This document shows positions 35,656-37,716 of a stretch of 37,716 bases of DNA, in pieces (positions within the stretch are counted from its first letter, which is position 1; each line of letters opens with the position of its first letter). The notes under the pieces were generated by a model, which was given only the letters and a program-made list of their open reading frames with translations, was not told the origin of the DNA and did not search any database. The DNA is taken from the IMG/VR virus record IMGVR_UViG_643692022_000005; one strand, written 5' to 3'. This stretch comes from a virus. Its lineage: Duplodnaviria; Heunggongvirae; Uroviricota; Caudoviricetes. The translations under genes were made by a program, and so were the position numbers.

Positions 35656-36191
35656 TGGAAATGAGAAATTTTGTTATTTCTGAGCCTGTTTCAGATGAAG
35701 AAAAGCTACTGGCAGAACTCGGTGCCATTATTCTGCGTGATGAAGAAGGCCGGGAGTGGTACACCTCTCAGCAGTTATTTAAGGACGATACATTCAAGAT
35801 AATGTATGACAGTGAAGGTATTGTGAAATCAATAACCAGAGATGTTTCCACGCTGTTTCCTGTATCGTGCAGTGTGGCAGAGGTTGCCAGTATTCCTGAA
35901 GGTATTGATATTTATGGCGGGTGGGTTTATTCGGACGGTAAGGTATCTGCAAGACAGTATACCCGGAGTGAGCTTATTACCCTGGCTGAGATGGAAAAAC
36001 AAACAAAAATCAGTCAGGCAAATGAATTCATGAACAGCCATCAGTGGGCAGGAAAGGCTGCCATTGGGCGGCTGAAAGGTGATGAGCTTGCGCAATATAA
36101 CTTGTGGCTGGATTATCTGGATGCACTGGAAAAAGTAGATACATCCGGGGTTCCGGATATTCAGTGGCCGACAAAACCAGACACAATGTAA
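35652..36191 (+). CDS. Tail fiber assembly protein (Tfa-like)
   Basis: Start at the ATG overlapping the fiber stop (ATGA); 179 aa directly downstream of the tail fiber. Confidence 0.7.
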   Translation: MMEMRNFVISEPVSDEEKLLAELGAIILRDEEGREWYTSQQLFKDDTFKIMYDSEGIVKSITRDVSTLFPVSCSVAEVASIPEGIDIYGGWVYSDGKVSARQYTRSELITLAEMEKQTKISQANEFMNSHQWAGKAAIGRLKGDELAQYNLWLDYLDALEKVDTSGVPDIQWPTKPDTM

Positions 36192-36567
36192 GCGAAAAAT
36201 AAAAACCGCAGACACGCCGTATGCAGGACGTACTGCGGATTGGCTGGTGAACTTTTGATAGTGCGAGTATTGAATGATTTCCAGCCGTTACTGATTTTAC
36301 GTGCTAATTAGTGAACAAACCACTCGTCAGCAGTCTCCTTGGTATCTTTCTAAGTGTCCAGAACAAAAGTTTAGCTGAATCTTTATCGGCGGCGCGCGTA
36401 ACAGAAAGGCCATCGATGCTACTGGTGCCGACAAATCCGGATTGAATACGTCTAATAAGCTCTGGTTCGGCGAGAATCAGACATACAATTCGACGTTGAC
36501 ATGTAACTATCCTTCAATAAACAAGGCAAACACAGATGTTACACAGACTTTAAGTGTATAGTAAAAA

Positions 36568-36597
36568 GGCGGCATTGCCGCCTTTGTTTTATTTTAT
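36568..36597. terminator. Bidirectional rho-independent terminator
   Basis: Hairpin GGCGGCATTGCCGCC flanked by AAAAA upstream and TTTGTTTTATTTT downstream; overlaps the stop of the convergent acyltransferase gene. Confidence 0.55.
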
Positions 36598-37716
36598 CTT
36601 GTATCTTTTTTCAATTGTATTATACAGGATAGCGGAAAGTATAATTGCTAATGTTATCGCCCCAAACTGCATCAATATAAAATATCTAGCTGATGTTTGC
36701 TCTAGGTTGATAAATTTGCTGTAAGAATTGAATGTAATGTTAAGCGATAACTGATGTACTAAATACAAACTGTAACTTATGATACCAATATTCGATATGC
36801 TTCTTTTAGAGAATATAGACGGCCTGGATGCGATAAACGCTATGAAAAATATTGATGTCGCGCAGAACATTTCGAATTCATATACTTTAAAATCACCAAA
36901 AATCGAATATAAAAAGAGTAATAGCATTACGATCCACAAAGCATATTTCAAATAATTGTTTGCAGGTTTCTTTATGTACGAAGCAATAAACCCTGTCAGG
37001 AAGTATGTCCACATTATTTGTTCGTTCTGATATCCAAGATATATAATTATCAGAGCTAAAGGTATTAAAGATATTCTTAACGGTTTAATAGCAAATGCAC
37101 AAGCAAGAAATGGAACTGCTGCATAATATTTCCATTCGTAAGGTAACGTCCATGTAACAATATTAAGGCTCCAGTCCCATATTGCACCAACCCTAATCCC
37201 ACCGCCCCAGAAACCAAATCCATAAACACTACGAATGACTGTCATTATATCATCAATAGTTTTTATTTCCCCGTATCTCTGGAACATGAAAATTGCAAAA
37301 ACTATTGTAGAAACAACAATGTATGCAGGAAGTAATCTATAAATCCTTTTTTGGAAAAAAGAAATATCGAAAATTCCCTTTTTTATAGTGGCTGAAAATA
37401 AAAAACCTGTTAAGCAAAAGAATATGGATACTCCAAACGCGCCCATTTTTTCAAATGCGTACGCTGGCTGAATATTCATATATGGTGATTTTAATCCTAT
37501 AGCAGCAATTACAGTGTATGAGTGGTTAACGAAAACTAATAGACACGCAACCCCCCTTAAGCCCTCTAAACATAAGTCATTGTGGCTTCCAATAGGGGAT
37601 ATATCAACTATCTTATTAATAAGAAAACAAATAAATGTTGCGAATAAAATAAAAGATGATGCATATATGGTATTGTGAACACTAAGATATGGTAATAAAG
37701 TAGCAAATGTATCCAT
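36589..37716 (-). CDS. Acyltransferase-3 family membrane protein (candidate O-antigen acetyltransferase); 5-prime end at or beyond the window edge
   Basis: 375 aa in the window, about 10 hydrophobic segments, AT-rich; resembles OafA/Oac-type acyltransferases from memory. The ATG is the last three bases of the window, so the true start may lie outside. Confidence 0.7.
   Translation of the reverse strand: MDTFATLLPYLSVHNTIYASSFILFATFICFLINKIVDISPIGSHNDLCLEGLRGVACLLVFVNHSYTVIAAIGLKSPYMNIQPAYAFEKMGAFGVSIFFCLTGFLFSATIKKGIFDISFFQKRIYRLLPAYIVVSTIVFAIFMFQRYGEIKTIDDIMTVIRSVYGFGFWGGGIRVGAIWDWSLNIVTWTLPYEWKYYAAVPFLACAFAIKPLRISLIPLALIIIYLGYQNEQIMWTYFLTGFIASYIKKPANNYLKYALWIVMLLLFLYSIFGDFKVYEFEMFCATSIFFIAFIASRPSIFSKRSISNIGIISYSLYLVHQLSLNITFNSYSKFINLEQTSARYFILMQFGAITLAIILSAILYNTIEKRYKIK

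Noticed and set aside
36192-36588. attR (duplicate of the tRNA 3-prime end) in the spacer after the tail genes
   Set aside because: Scanned by eye for GGTTCGAATCC-type sequence and found none; the right attachment site is presumably beyond the window.

Overview
Almost the whole window is one integrated temperate phage, inserted at the 3-prime end of a tRNA-Arg(UCU) gene (191-267), with its right end beyond the window. Reading left to right: integrase and overlapping excisionase (283-1673, minus strand); a leftward early operon (1673-4247) with DUF551-like, HD-domain nucleotidase and YfdQ-like genes; an immunity region (CI-like repressor 6467-7153, Cro-like 7289-7537, CII/YdaT-like); a replication module with iterons inside the initiator gene; Dam-like methyltransferase, LexA-N-domain protein, RusA, KilA-N, DUF968 and a Q-like antiterminator; a lambda-type lysis cassette (holin, lambda R-like endolysin, overlapping Rz/Rz1); an HK97-type packaging and head module; and a Mu-type contractile tail module in the Mu order L-M-Y-N-P-Q-V-W-R-S-U. 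All calls are from reading the sequence and the ORF track; no database search was run. Low-GC statements are by eye from the printed sequence, not computed. Five AT-rich cargo insertions interrupt this backbone and are the most interesting part: (1) 4250-6484 next to the repressor, with a structured non-coding element, two orphan genes and a protein with four TerB-like repeats plus a C-terminal BRCT-like domain; (2) 13495-14241 between Q and the lysis genes, an HNH-motif protein with an unassignable C-terminal half; (3) 16213-16650 between lysis and packaging genes, a single-pass membrane protein; (4) 29122-29634 inside the tail module, a signal-peptide protein; (5) 36589-37716, a multi-pass acyltransferase-3-like O-antigen modification candidate. 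The TerB/BRCT protein and the HNH protein are the strongest candidates for undescribed phage-defence or superinfection-exclusion functions.
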